Below are positions 1 through 10,551 of a stretch of 64,000 nucleotides of DNA, piece by piece. The notes beneath the pieces are model-generated. The model made no database searches. It was given only the letters and a program-made list of their open reading frames with translations, and was not told the origin of the DNA. Made by a program: the position numbers and the translations under genes. Location of the stretch: positions 320,001-384,000 of the forward strand of contig CAVXRD010000002.1 in NCBI GenBank assembly GCA_963764165.1, given 5' to 3'. This DNA comes from an uncultured Verrucomicrobiae bacterium (lineage in GTDB: Bacteria > Verrucomicrobiota > Verrucomicrobiia > Limisphaerales > Palsa-1400). The first letter of the stretch is position 1. Every line of letters begins with the position of its first letter.

Positions 1-694
1 CCGATGCGTTATTGGCATCACCCTCAATGTAATGCTTCTATGTTTGACAATAACTGTATTTTTTATGGGTTTGTCCGTGATTCGCTGGGACGCCCGGGAA
101 AAGTCGCGGAAAGCGGAAGAACAGAAATTGGAGAAGAAGCGCATCGCCGAACTTGAAGAGGTGAATGTGGAATACAAAGCCGAAATCAAGGTGATCAGAG
201 ATCGCTATTTCGCCAACGCAGCGGCCTTGACCAATCATCTGTTGCTCGATATGGCACCCGTGAAAACTCGCGCCGAAATCGAGGCGAGGCGGCAGATCGT
301 GCAAAACTTTGTGGACGGCGCCAAAGGAATGGAAGCTTTCGCGACAAACGCGCCTGCCATGTATCAAGAGCTGGTGGATAAGCGCGATTTGCCGCCGCGG
401 TTCAAAAAATCATTTCTCGATGAATTCAAGAAATCTCTCGGAAACAAGGCGTCGGACACGCTCCGGTGGCGTCCCACTGAAGTGCATTACGGGGAGCTGA
501 TGCTGCAAATGCTTGATCTCTTTTATGATTCATGGGGGCACTGGAAATATTCCACCGCGAGGAAGCGGGTGGAATTTCAAGATGCCAAGGCCTTGGTTGA
601 ATACAATTCCCTCGCGCAACAAATCAAAGACACCGCAGCCCGGTTGAATGAGCTTCGAGAAAGCAGCCAAACCAACGCAGCCACCGTGCCGTGA
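1..694 (+). CDS. Hypothetical membrane-anchored protein, probably 5'-partial
   Basis: ORF 32..694; the frame stays open to the left edge (RCVIGITLNV-MLLCL...). A hydrophobic segment is followed by a charged helical domain. Confidence 0.7.
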   Translation, partial: RCVIGITLNVMLLCLTITVFFMGLSVIRWDAREKSRKAEEQKLEKKRIAELEEVNVEYKAEIKVIRDRYFANAAALTNHLLLDMAPVKTRAEIEARRQIVQNFVDGAKGMEAFATNAPAMYQELVDKRDLPPRFKKSFLDEFKKSLGNKASDTLRWRPTEVHYGELMLQMLDLFYDSWGHWKYSTARKRVEFQDAKALVEYNSLAQQIKDTAARLNELRESSQTNAATVP

Positions 695-735
695 TTCGCC
701 CTTGCTGGATTTCAGCGGCGAGCCGTGTTAATGAA

Positions 736-1686
736 ATGGGCATGAAGATGTTCTCGATGGCTTTGGTTTGTTTGACATGCCTTTGCAAGACGCAGGCGCA
801 AACGGATAATGCGGTGGCGCCCCTTCCCCCCGCCGGACAGCCGACAACGAACCAAGCTGCCACCACCGGGTCTCCGGTTACCTTTACCGCAGGGGCTACA
901 GGCACCGCTCCTTTTACTTATCAATGGTTTTTTGGCGGTGTTTTGATTGAGGGGCGCGATGCCGGCGGCATCCACACCGCCACCGTCGAATATAAAGATG
1001 GCGATGCCGTCCTTGAGGGCTATCTGGCTTACAGCACCGAGAAAACTGGAAAGCGGCCCGGCGTCCTCGTCGTTCATCAATGGAAGGGTCTCGGCGAATA
1101 CGAAAAGGGCCGGGTCGAGATGCTGGCCAAGATGGGTTACGTCGCGTTCGCTGCGGACATTTACGGCAAGGGCATCCGCCCGCAGGATCCTCAGGGCGCT
1201 GGCGCGCAAGCTGGGAAATACAAATCAGACCGCGAACTGCTTCGCAAACGCGTCACGGCCGGCTTGGATGTGTTGCGGAGCTTCGATGTCACCGACACCA
1301 GGCACGTTGCCGCCATTGGCTATTGCTTTGGCGGGACAACGGTTCTCGAATTGGCCCGCAGCGGCGCGGACATTTCCGGCGTCGTAAGTTTCCATGGCGG
1401 GCTGGATTCTCCAAAACCGGAAGACGGCAAAAACATCAAATGCAAAGTGCTCGTCCTTCATGGCGCGGATGACCCGTTTAACTCAGCGCAAAATATAACC
1501 GCGTTTGAAAACGAAATGCGCGGCGCGAAAGTGGATTGGCAAATGGTGCAATACGGCGGCGCGGTTCACAGCTTCACAGAAGTCGCCGCGGGCAGCGACA
1601 ATTCCAAAGGCGCGGCTTACAACGAAAAAGCCGACCATCGCTCATGGGAAGCGATGAAGGAATTTTTCGCTGAAATTTTCCAATAA
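736..1686 (+). CDS. Secreted dienelactone hydrolase-family protein with an N-terminal Ig-like fragment
   Basis: Nucleophile motif GYCFGG, VVSFHGGL, LVLHGADDP and YGGAVHSFT. Signal-peptide-like MGMKMFSMALVCL; start chosen at ATG 736. Confidence 0.88.
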   Translation: MGMKMFSMALVCLTCLCKTQAQTDNAVAPLPPAGQPTTNQAATTGSPVTFTAGATGTAPFTYQWFFGGVLIEGRDAGGIHTATVEYKDGDAVLEGYLAYSTEKTGKRPGVLVVHQWKGLGEYEKGRVEMLAKMGYVAFAADIYGKGIRPQDPQGAGAQAGKYKSDRELLRKRVTAGLDVLRSFDVTDTRHVAAIGYCFGGTTVLELARSGADISGVVSFHGGLDSPKPEDGKNIKCKVLVLHGADDPFNSAQNITAFENEMRGAKVDWQMVQYGGAVHSFTEVAAGSDNSKGAAYNEKADHRSWEAMKEFFAEIFQ

Positions 1687-1714
1687 ACTTCGCCTCAGCG
1701 ATGCAGATTAAAGA

Positions 1715-1887
1715 GGCAGCGCGACCGTCCTGGTCGCCTCCGGTCGGCGTCCCGCCGACTGGCTTCGGCGGAAAATCTGAATTCAACCGTGCGGTGATTC
1801 ATCAGAAGACTAGATGTCTTCGGCGGGACGCCGAAGACGACGGTCGAGACGACCGCGCTCCCCAATTTCAATTGAATTGTTACGGCT
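1715..1887. repeat. REP-like palindromic intergenic element (GCGCTCCC-ended family)
   Basis: Nested hairpins GTCGGCGTCCCGCCGAC and CTTCGGCGGGACGCCGAAG, ending GCGCTCCCC. A related arm lies at 10611-10690. Sits between convergent genes. Confidence 0.6.
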
Positions 1888-1898
1888 TGGATGATGCG

Positions 1899-3563
1899 TC
1901 AGCGCCCCGCTTTCGGCCGGGCTGCGCCTTGGCCTGGCGGCGATTTCGAGAGCAGGCCGAGTTCGGAAACGGAGAAATAATATTCGTCTGAGTCCGTTTG
2001 ACCGGCATTTTTGCACTTTTGGAACCAAACCCGCGCGCCAGCCGGGTCCCCCATGCTCAGGCTCCTCATGCCGATGTAGTAATAGGCGAGCGCTTTATTC
2101 TCTTCTGCATCCCCGCTTTTTTTGGCGGCGGCGATCAGCGCCTTCTCATCAATGCGCCCGACCAAAAACTGGCCGAGCGTTTTCGGCCAGCCGTAGTCCA
2201 CGCCTGAAAGCCCTTCCAGAGGCGTTCCGACAACTTCCACTGCTTCCAGGCTGATTTTGGGATCGGTCTTTCCACCGCCAAGCGGGGTGGCGGCGGAATT
2301 GGGTTCCGCCTCGGGCAAATTTGCCAGCCGCCATAGCAGTGTTTGACGATATAGGCGCTCCCACTCCGAAAAATCAGGCCGCAACTCGATTGATTTGTCG
2401 TAATTGGAAACCGCCCCGGCAAAGGCGCACCCGGCTTGAAGCAGAACGCCGCGGTCCGACCACGCCCGGGCGTTCCGCGCATTGATTTCCAGGGCGCGCC
2501 CGAAATCGATCATCGCGCTGTCAAACATCCCGTGGCGCCTTTTGAATTCTCCTTCCCGCACAAAAAAACCGTCCGCTTGCAACTGCACATTGCTGTCGAC
2601 TTTCCACATTTCCACCGGAGCTAAACCAGCTCCTCTTTTTGTTTTTTTGGCCGCTGCCGGCCGGGCCGCCGCGCCGCGCGGATGCACGTAAGCCCATCCG
2701 TTGCTGCCATCCACAATCAAATCCATCCGCGACAACGCGCCCATGCCGAGGGACCAAACCGTCGTCGCGGCTGGATCGTCTTCGCCCAGGCGCCCCGCCG
2801 CTTCATCGTCCATGTCCTCAATGAATGCATCTGTGACAGAGAGCGGGCCGATTTCCACGTTGTCCGCCAGCGCTTCGTGGTCCGTGGCGACCAGAAGCGG
2901 CAATCCCCAAACTTTGTGTGTGACCATCGCCGCCGCCGGATGCGCCTGCCTCCATTCTTTCCATTGCGGCGGCGCCAGCATGATGGACCGGCTGTCTGCG
3001 GTGTCTACATAAGCCACACCTTTCTTTCCGCCGGCCAGCGGCACTTCCAGCATCAATGCCTCCGTCGGGAGCACCCGCCATTTGAGCCAGCCGGCGGTTT
3101 CAGGCGGCAATTGCTCCACGCGCCGGATGACGTGCCGATCTGAGTCAAACACAAGAATATTGTCCCGCACTTCCGGCCAGCCCACCACTCCTTCCATGTT
3201 GCCAGTCACTTCCCGGTAAAGCTGCATGAACTCATGGTAAAGAAACGGATGGGTCACTTTGACCGCTTGCCGCAAGACCCACGGCACCTTCTTAATCGGA
3301 TCGCCAAGAACATAGATCGGCGCGCTGAACTTTTTGCCGCCGGATTCCACCTCGGTCGACGTCGAAAAGGGATCACCCGCAAAACCAAGCCGTTTCGCCC
3401 CATCCTCCAAGACAAGCGACGTGCCAAGGCTGCTGGCAAAAATCATGCGCGCCTGGCGGCCATTGAGTTGGATCATGTAGTCAACAAAGTTGGTGGACAC
3501 CTCGACGGGCCACGCTTTGGCCGCCAGAAGCATCAGCAGCAGAATCGCGCGAAAAAGCGTCAT
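1899..3563 (-). CDS. Secreted protein with degenerate retropepsin-like domains and C-terminal TPR/NlpI-like repeats
   Basis: Signal peptide MTLFRAILLLMLL. 'IQLNGRQARMIFASS' and 'AYVDTAD' resemble aspartyl-protease strands. TPRs: DFGRALEINARNARAWSDRG, AYYYIGMRSL. Confidence 0.6.
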   Translation of the reverse strand: MTLFRAILLLMLLAAKAWPVEVSTNFVDYMIQLNGRQARMIFASSLGTSLVLEDGAKRLGFAGDPFSTSTEVESGGKKFSAPIYVLGDPIKKVPWVLRQAVKVTHPFLYHEFMQLYREVTGNMEGVVGWPEVRDNILVFDSDRHVIRRVEQLPPETAGWLKWRVLPTEALMLEVPLAGGKKGVAYVDTADSRSIMLAPPQWKEWRQAHPAAAMVTHKVWGLPLLVATDHEALADNVEIGPLSVTDAFIEDMDDEAAGRLGEDDPAATTVWSLGMGALSRMDLIVDGSNGWAYVHPRGAAARPAAAKKTKRGAGLAPVEMWKVDSNVQLQADGFFVREGEFKRRHGMFDSAMIDFGRALEINARNARAWSDRGVLLQAGCAFAGAVSNYDKSIELRPDFSEWERLYRQTLLWRLANLPEAEPNSAATPLGGGKTDPKISLEAVEVVGTPLEGLSGVDYGWPKTLGQFLVGRIDEKALIAAAKKSGDAEENKALAYYYIGMRSLSMGDPAGARVWFQKCKNAGQTDSDEYYFSVSELGLLSKSPPGQGAARPKAGR

Positions 3564-3708
3564 CACGCGCTGGTTATGCCTAAAACCAGCTGGCAATACA
3601 ATGCCTTGCTGTGTGCATCTCATTCCCATTTTTCAACTCCGTTCCCTCGGTCTTTCTCCTGTTCAGATTTTTATTTTGCTCGTTGGCGCCGGGACATCCG
3701 TCCCTTGG

Positions 3709-6492
3709 TCACCGGCTGCTGATCTGCACGGCCTGCAACAGGCGCAGCTTGATCGATTTTTGGCGCTCGGGATCGAGGATTTTTGAGCCGTTTCTTTCCG
3801 CGATGTAAAATGTGTCCATCGCCGCGCCCCGCTCGGTCAGGATTTTTGCGAGGTAGACGTTGACGTTCAATTCCGCCAGGGCGCGGGAGACATCGTAGAG
3901 AAGGCCGACCCGGTCCTCGGCCTGGAAATCGATAATCGTGCGCGTGTCGGAGGTGGCGTTGTCCAACTCGATGGCAGTCTGGATTCGCTCGCCTTCCAGG
4001 GATTTGAACGCGCTGGGGCCGGGGCGAACCTTGGCGATGAGCGACGGCAAATCCACCGCCGCACCCGTCAACACCCGCTGCGCGAGCTGCTCGAATTTTT
4101 CGCGTTCCTCCTTATTTGCCAGCAGGCCGGTTTTCGCGTCGGTCACATAAAAGGTGTCGAGAATAATTCCATCAAAGCGCGTCAGGATTTCGGCTCCCAG
4201 AATATTCAGCCCGGCGGCGGTCAGGCAGCCCGTCACGCTGGTGAAAAACCGCTCGCGATCCCATGTGCAAAGCTTGACCGCCGTGTAACCGCGGTCGCGC
4301 TCGTGATGCCACGTGATGACAGGGGCGAGCGCGTTCTCCTCCCCAATGGACAATTGCAAATGGATGAACCGATGCACTTGCGTAAGGTCGCCGATGATTT
4401 CCTGCGGATCATTGATCTGGCTGTAGCGCGGCGGAAGATTGTTGAAATGCGCATGAATTTCATCTGGGTCAAATGTGGCCGGCGCAAGGCGCTGAACCTC
4501 CTCGATCAACAGCTCGCGGCGGCGAGCTTCGGCCAATTGAAAATCCGTCCCGCCCACCAAGACCTGGCGGGTTTTCCGGTAAAGGCTCCACAGCGAGGAG
4601 TCCTTGAACCCGTTCCATAATTGATCGCTCGTTCCCATCGAATCGGCAAACGTATGCAGTGTCAGCATGACCAGGTTTTCAGTGGTTTGAATGAGGCGGG
4701 CGAAATTCTGAATGACAGTCTGATCGTCCAGGTCGCGGCGCTGCGAAATTTGCGCCATCGCCAGGTGATTTTCAACCAGAAGGCGCAGCGTGTGCGACTG
4801 GACTCCGTTCAATCCCAGCCGGTGTGAGACGCTCTCCGCGACGCGGCCGCCCACCTCCTCGTGCTTTCCCGTTCGGTATGCCTTGCCGGAGTCATGCAAC
4901 AGCAGCGCGAGGTAGAGAACATCAGCGCCCTCGATCTCCCGCGAAATCTCCGCGTAGGCGCTGCAGGGCCGCGTTTTGGCAAACCACACCTGATCCAATT
5001 TTTCGATGCACATCAGCGTGTGCTCGTCGGCGGTGTACTGATGGTAAAACTCCAGTTGGACTAGACAGGTGAGCTTTCCAAATTCCGGCAGGAATTTTCC
5101 CAGAAAACCCACCTCATGCATCGCACGGAGAATCGGCGCCACGCTGCCGCGGCGATCCAGAATTTCCATGAACGTTTCGCGCACATGCGGGTCGTGGCGA
5201 AACGACTTGTCAACCAGCGAAAGCTGGTTGCGGATGAGCTGGGCGGTGGCCGGGTGCAGCTTCAATTCCTTCTGCTGCATGTGCAGGAAAACGCGCATCA
5301 GCCGCTTGGGATTTTCCCGGAAAATGCCGGATGAAACCGCGCGAATCTCGCCATCGGAAAATTTCAAGCCGTCCACGATTGTCTCGCGTTCGCGTTCCGC
5401 GCGGGCGCCGAAGAAATTCCGGGCAAAAGCGAACAAGCGCCGGGGCGGCGGCGGTGGCAGAAGGGCGAGCCGCCGCTCGACAGTCCGCGTGATGAAATCA
5501 ATGTTTCGCGCGTGCCCGTAATACTCGCGCATGAAAGATTCCAGGCGCCGGCCCGCGCCCCGGTCGTGCCAGCCAAGATTCAGCGCGACCGCGGGCTGCA
5601 TCTGGCGGTTCAGCACATCCACCGGGCGCCCGACCGAGTAGTGCAGCTCGTTGCGGACGCGCAGCAAAAATCCGTAAGCGCTGTCAAGCTGTTTGCGTTC
5701 CGATTCGCTGATCAACTCGCGCTGCTCCAGGTCCGCCAGGGTGCGTGTGCGATATTTGAAATAGGACATCCACAGGAGATTTTGATAATCGCGCAGGCCG
5801 CCGCAGCCGTTCTTGATGTTGGGCTCCTGCATGAACGGGGAATTGCCGTATTTCTTCCGCCGCGAAGCCTGGTCTTCCACGCGCATTTGGATATACTCAT
5901 TTTCGTGATCCCTCACGCATTTGGCCACCAGCGAGCGGCTGAATTGATCGAACAGCACCTCGTCGCCCGTGATGCGGCGGGCTTCAATCAGCGCGGTCTT
6001 GGACTGCATGTCGGCATTGGCGACGCGCACGCAATCGTCAACAGAGCGAACCGAATGCCCAATTTTCAAACCCAAATCCCAAAGTGTGTAAAGCGTGCCG
6101 TCCACCAGCTCCCCCAGGGCGGGGCGCGCCTTGCCGTCGGACACCATATCGCTTTGGTGCAGAAACATGATGTCGATGTCGCTTTGCGGATTAAGTTCGG
6201 CCCGCCCGTAGCCACCGATGGCGACCAGGGCGACGCCGGACGAGCGGTCCGCCCAGGCCGCCGAGGCTTTTTTCGTGCCCTTGATGATTGAGCGCAGCAC
6301 CAAATCCATGATCTTCGAGCGGGCCTGGCAAATTTCCCGGCCGTCCGCGCCAGCCCGATGCAGAATCTTCAAGCGATGGGCTTCGACTTTTAGAAATCTC
6401 TTGTAGCGCGCCATCTCCTGGCGGGGCATGGCCTTGGGAGGCAGGGCGAGCCGTTCGGCCGCGCTGGCCTCAATTTTTCCGAGCAGCGTCAT
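3709..6492 (-). CDS. glnD: [Protein-PII] uridylyltransferase/uridylyl-removing enzyme
   Basis: ALVAIGGYGRAELNPQSDIDIMFL, PNIKNGCGGLRD, YHQYTADEHT, LLHDSGK (HD domain) and two C-terminal ACT domains. Confidence 0.97.
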   Translation of the reverse strand: MTLLGKIEASAAERLALPPKAMPRQEMARYKRFLKVEAHRLKILHRAGADGREICQARSKIMDLVLRSIIKGTKKASAAWADRSSGVALVAIGGYGRAELNPQSDIDIMFLHQSDMVSDGKARPALGELVDGTLYTLWDLGLKIGHSVRSVDDCVRVANADMQSKTALIEARRITGDEVLFDQFSRSLVAKCVRDHENEYIQMRVEDQASRRKKYGNSPFMQEPNIKNGCGGLRDYQNLLWMSYFKYRTRTLADLEQRELISESERKQLDSAYGFLLRVRNELHYSVGRPVDVLNRQMQPAVALNLGWHDRGAGRRLESFMREYYGHARNIDFITRTVERRLALLPPPPPRRLFAFARNFFGARAERERETIVDGLKFSDGEIRAVSSGIFRENPKRLMRVFLHMQQKELKLHPATAQLIRNQLSLVDKSFRHDPHVRETFMEILDRRGSVAPILRAMHEVGFLGKFLPEFGKLTCLVQLEFYHQYTADEHTLMCIEKLDQVWFAKTRPCSAYAEISREIEGADVLYLALLLHDSGKAYRTGKHEEVGGRVAESVSHRLGLNGVQSHTLRLLVENHLAMAQISQRRDLDDQTVIQNFARLIQTTENLVMLTLHTFADSMGTSDQLWNGFKDSSLWSLYRKTRQVLVGGTDFQLAEARRRELLIEEVQRLAPATFDPDEIHAHFNNLPPRYSQINDPQEIIGDLTQVHRFIHLQLSIGEENALAPVITWHHERDRGYTAVKLCTWDRERFFTSVTGCLTAAGLNILGAEILTRFDGIILDTFYVTDAKTGLLANKEEREKFEQLAQRVLTGAAVDLPSLIAKVRPGPSAFKSLEGERIQTAIELDNATSDTRTIIDFQAEDRVGLLYDVSRALAELNVNVYLAKILTERGAAMDTFYIAERNGSKILDPERQKSIKLRLLQAVQISSR

Positions 6493-6711
6493 CTGTGTTA
6501 TCGGTGATACGTTAAGTTACCCCGGAGAAGAAAGAAGCTCAATTTTCCCGGCCGCGAAAAGTAGAAAATTGCGGCCGTCATTTCCGCTGGATGGAGCGGG
6601 TGAAGGGAACCAAGCCTTCCAGTCAATATTGTTCAAAGGGCACCGGGCTTGAACGGGAATCAAAAGAAATGGTTTTAATTTGGGAGGTGGCCTAACGCAG
6701 GCAGGCATGCG

Positions 6712-9231
6712 TCATTCTGCCTGTTTCTCCAGACCCGGGCTTTTTTGAATTGGCGAAGACCGCGCAGAATCCCTGATTTGTTCAACCATCTGCCGGATGA
6801 TTTTCACGACCAGATCGGGTTCTGCCAACATGATCCCGTGCCCGGACTCTTTCGTAACGATGTGCTGGGAATGGGGTATGCTTGCCAGCCATTGCGCATG
6901 ATATTTCAACCAGACAGGCCGAACCAGTTCCAACTCCGCTTTGTCTTTCTCAGGAACAAATGCGGGTATGACGCGCGGCCCCATGGCGGTGACCAAAACT
7001 ACCGGGATGTTCGTTGGGACCGCGCTGGCGCGAGCTTCACGAAAACCAGCTTGTATCAAAGCCCAATCGCTGTCCTTTATATCCGCGTGTCCTTTGCGTT
7101 TATCTTCCCACTCGATAAATTCCTCCTGTGTGGGATCAAGCAACACCATGCCGGCCGTCTCCCCCGGATACATTCCGGCAAATACGCGAATAAAGGGACC
7201 GCCAAAAGAATGTCCCACCAATACATAAGGAGGCGGCACGGCAGCCCGCTGAAGGGCGATGTGCAGTTCCTGAGCGATCTGCCGGGCATCTCGCGGCTCA
7301 GGTCCCCGCGCGGAAAGCCCGACGCCGGCACGGTCATAAGAAACCGTGGCGGTGAGACGGCTCAACTCAGGTTGAACCATTTCCCAATCCTCCAACGGAG
7401 CGCCGCCGCCGCCCGTTGCCCCGGTTTCAAAAATGACTGCCGGGCTGCCCCGCCCCATGACCAGCATTCTCAAATCGTGACCGCCGACATCAACAAATTT
7501 AAAATTGAACCTTCCCAGATCGAGTCCAAGAACGATGGCGATTCCACAAAGCAAGAATAGGGAAACAAAAATGGCTTTGTTGTTCTGCCGAATCCAATTG
7601 AACCGGCCGTTGCGGTTTCTCACCAGCATGGACGGCATGAGGCCGGGCCGCACCAGCGGCATGGCCAGCAAGGCCAGCAGTATTAGAAGGTGCTCTGCGC
7701 GGTAGGTGTTTATGACGAACGACGTTGATAGGATCGCCAGCAGCACCAGGCCCGCAGTCAATGCGCCCCACACCATGAAATTGCGCCGGGGACAATCGCT
7801 AACGCGCCAAACCATGGCCGCCATCACGAATTTCCCAACCACCGCCAAGGCCAATACCGCGCTGGCGATCGTAATGAATCGATCGGCTGAGATCGCCGCG
7901 TTGATGGTCTCATCCCAAATCCTTGCGATGAGCAGGACCAGCACTAGGAAGGCAAGCTGCAAGACGAAGGATCCATAATGCAAAAGTGGTCTGCCCGACA
8001 AGCCATGCCAGATCCCGGCCACCATGATTTTCCAGGTGAAAGCCATCAGGCATAGCGCCAGTAAAACCGTTATCAACAGCCATGAATGCGGATAAACCTG
8101 ACGGAAAGTAAAAAAATACCAATTGATATCCGTGGTCTTGGCCCAAAATTTCAACCAGAGGGCAAGAAAGGCGAAGACCAGCAGCCAGGAATATATCACA
8201 CCGACCGCGGCCACCTTTAATTTCGCCGCCACGAACTCGTACGCGGGTACCGGCCTGACTGCCAAAAATGTCGGAAAGGCAAGATTTGCCGACCAAAAAA
8301 CCGGCTTAATGAACCCTTTGCCGATGGCGAATCCCAAGATTACCGGCACCGCCACTATCCGGACTAGGTCAAGTACCGGCTCGTTTCGTGCGAACCATGT
8401 GACCGGCGCGACGATAAAAAGCAACACGATAAAAGAGCACACTGGCAGCAGCCAGCCGCTTTGCCGCCACTCGAACCAGAATTGCGCGCCGGACGGCGAA
8501 CGAAAATCTTTCGTGCGCCCCGGCGTTGCATCGATGATTTTAAAGAATAATTCCTTCACGCCGAGCCGCCGCAGATAGCCTCCCCGCCGCTGCCTCGCGA
8601 CCGCCGTCCATGCGATAAAATACGCGCTGATGGCGCCGCCCGCTACGATCAGGCTCAGTCGCTGCTCGGACAACCAGACCGAAGAATTAAGAAAGGAAGA
8701 GTATGGCAAACAGGCAACCGCCAGACTGCTCGCGCCGCCCAGCCCCAACGCGATGAGCCGCCCGATCCGGAAAGGGGCGAGTGTCCATAGCGTGGACAGG
8801 TAAAAAATGGCGTAGGCGGCGAACACCAAGGCGATCCATTCCGGCTTCTCGATTTGCTGCCGCGTCCAGACCAGTTTTATCCACGCCACATACACAAGTT
8901 CGACCGCGAACACGCATGAAATCATCGGCAATGCCACCAATTGGCTGGTGGGGGCTGGCAGGACGAACAGGCGATAGGGAAATCCGTTCCACGCCCGCGC
9001 TGGATTCGCTTCGGTGTAATTGAATATCCCCATGAGAAACAAAAAGGATACCGCCATGAGGATCCCAAACAGATTCGAAAAAAACTCCATCGCACCGGCG
9101 TGGGCGTGAAATGTTCCAATGGCCAGGGCGTTCAGCAACGCGCTCACACCCAGACATGACAGGACGATTAAAGAGGAGCGCCGGCCCTTCTGCCAGATTT
9201 CCCATAATAATGCTGTTGCCGGCGATACCAT
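6712..9231 (-). CDS. ABC-2-like multi-TM permease fused to a C-terminal alpha/beta hydrolase
   Basis: About 570 aa of hydrophobic helices followed by SYDRAGVGLS, VLVGHSFGG, GMVLLDP and ESGHGI. Directly downstream of the ABC ATPase gene. Confidence 0.8.
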   Translation of the reverse strand: MVSPATALLWEIWQKGRRSSLIVLSCLGVSALLNALAIGTFHAHAGAMEFFSNLFGILMAVSFLFLMGIFNYTEANPARAWNGFPYRLFVLPAPTSQLVALPMISCVFAVELVYVAWIKLVWTRQQIEKPEWIALVFAAYAIFYLSTLWTLAPFRIGRLIALGLGGASSLAVACLPYSSFLNSSVWLSEQRLSLIVAGGAISAYFIAWTAVARQRRGGYLRRLGVKELFFKIIDATPGRTKDFRSPSGAQFWFEWRQSGWLLPVCSFIVLLFIVAPVTWFARNEPVLDLVRIVAVPVILGFAIGKGFIKPVFWSANLAFPTFLAVRPVPAYEFVAAKLKVAAVGVIYSWLLVFAFLALWLKFWAKTTDINWYFFTFRQVYPHSWLLITVLLALCLMAFTWKIMVAGIWHGLSGRPLLHYGSFVLQLAFLVLVLLIARIWDETINAAISADRFITIASAVLALAVVGKFVMAAMVWRVSDCPRRNFMVWGALTAGLVLLAILSTSFVINTYRAEHLLILLALLAMPLVRPGLMPSMLVRNRNGRFNWIRQNNKAIFVSLFLLCGIAIVLGLDLGRFNFKFVDVGGHDLRMLVMGRGSPAVIFETGATGGGGAPLEDWEMVQPELSRLTATVSYDRAGVGLSARGPEPRDARQIAQELHIALQRAAVPPPYVLVGHSFGGPFIRVFAGMYPGETAGMVLLDPTQEEFIEWEDKRKGHADIKDSDWALIQAGFREARASAVPTNIPVVLVTAMGPRVIPAFVPEKDKAELELVRPVWLKYHAQWLASIPHSQHIVTKESGHGIMLAEPDLVVKIIRQMVEQIRDSARSSPIQKSPGLEKQAE

Positions 9232-9234
9232 GCT

Positions 9235-10146
9235 TCACGACTCGTTCGCACCGGCATACGCCACAAATATTTCGTGCAACGTTGGCGGATGCTCGCCCAG
9301 GATCTGACCCCCTCGCTGAATGAGAAGCGACGACAGTTTGTCGCTCGGGCCAAGGTTAAGACACGTCCAATCACGGCTTGCGCCGGCCACCCCCAAGGCG
9401 CCCTGAATTTCAGGTGGCTTGATTTGACTCTCCTTGAACCGCATGCTGACCACGCGATGTCGTGCTTTGATATCATCCAGCGAGCCGCATAACGTCAATT
9501 TTCCCTGATGCAGCATCGCGACATGATCGGAAACCCTTTCGATCTCGTCCAAGAAATGGGACGAAAAGAAAACTGTCCGCCCTTCATCGGCCACGACACG
9601 GATCACCGCCTCCAAAATCTCGCGGCGCACCATGGGATCCAACCCTGAACTCGGCTCATCCAGCAAGAGCAATTCCGGCCGGTGCGCTAGAGCGACCAGC
9701 AGGCCGGCTTTCGCCACCTGCCCTTTTGAAAGAGTGCTGATCCGCTGCGCCGGATTCAGTCCAAACTCTTCAAGCAACGCAGCGGCATAATCCGAATCCC
9801 ATTTGGGATAAAACGCCTTCATGAAGCGAATCAGCTCCTGCACTTGCATCCATCCGGGAATATCCGGTTGTTCTGAGAGATACCCGATCCGACCCAAGAC
9901 CCGGACAGAGTCAGACGTCGGGTCACAGCCGAAGACGCGCACTGTTCCACTTTCAGCCGCCAACAAACCGAGGATATGTTTGATAAGAGTGGTTTTGCCC
10001 GCGCCGTTTTCTCCAATCAAACCGAAAACTGTTCCTTTGGGGACATACAGGGATACATTATCCAGCACCAATTTTTCCCCGAACCGCCGCGACAATTCGG
10101 ACACAGACACAACTGCTTCCGCAGATGAGGGAGACGGAAATTTCAT
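9235..10146 (-). CDS. ABC transporter ATP-binding protein (YtrB-like)
   Basis: Walker A GENGAGKTT, signature LSKGQ, Walker B LLLLDEP, H-loop FSSH. Confidence 0.95.
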   Translation of the reverse strand: MKFPSPSSAEAVVSVSELSRRFGEKLVLDNVSLYVPKGTVFGLIGENGAGKTTLIKHILGLLAAESGTVRVFGCDPTSDSVRVLGRIGYLSEQPDIPGWMQVQELIRFMKAFYPKWDSDYAAALLEEFGLNPAQRISTLSKGQVAKAGLLVALAHRPELLLLDEPSSGLDPMVRREILEAVIRVVADEGRTVFFSSHFLDEIERVSDHVAMLHQGKLTLCGSLDDIKARHRVVSMRFKESQIKPPEIQGALGVAGASRDWTCLNLGPSDKLSSLLIQRGGQILGEHPPTLHEIFVAYAGANES

Positions 10147-10532
10147 TTTTCCCTTTCCGCGAGCAAGGCCGCATGCCTATCCGACAGCAACACTCTCACC
10201 TCATCCAAACCAAGACCCAAATGCTGCGCTTCAACCAGCAATGCGTCCACCCGGCCCTTGATGGCGTTAATTTTATCCCGGCGGGAGAACGTCTTCGTCT
10301 CCTCGATATATGTGCCAAAGCCCTGCTTTTTTCTGACGATGCCCGCCCGTTCCAGTTCCAGGTAAGCCCGTGCCACCGTATTCGGATTGATCACAAGTGT
10401 TTCCGCAAGCGTCCGAATCGGAGGGATTTCATCTCCTGGCGACAATATGCCGGAAGCGACCAATGATTTAACTTGATGGACGATTTGAAGGTAAATCGGA
10501 ACTCCTTCACTGGAACTGATGCGGATATGCAT
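10143..10532 (-). CDS. GntR-family (YtrA subfamily) transcriptional regulator
   Basis: PIYLQI...PPIRTLAETLVINPNTVARAYLELE; 129 aa; overlaps the ABC ATPase start. Confidence 0.93.
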   Translation of the reverse strand: MHIRISSSEGVPIYLQIVHQVKSLVASGILSPGDEIPPIRTLAETLVINPNTVARAYLELERAGIVRKKQGFGTYIEETKTFSRRDKINAIKGRVDALLVEAQHLGLGLDEVRVLLSDRHAALLAEREK

Positions 10533-10551
10533 GATTGATACGTCGTTGATC

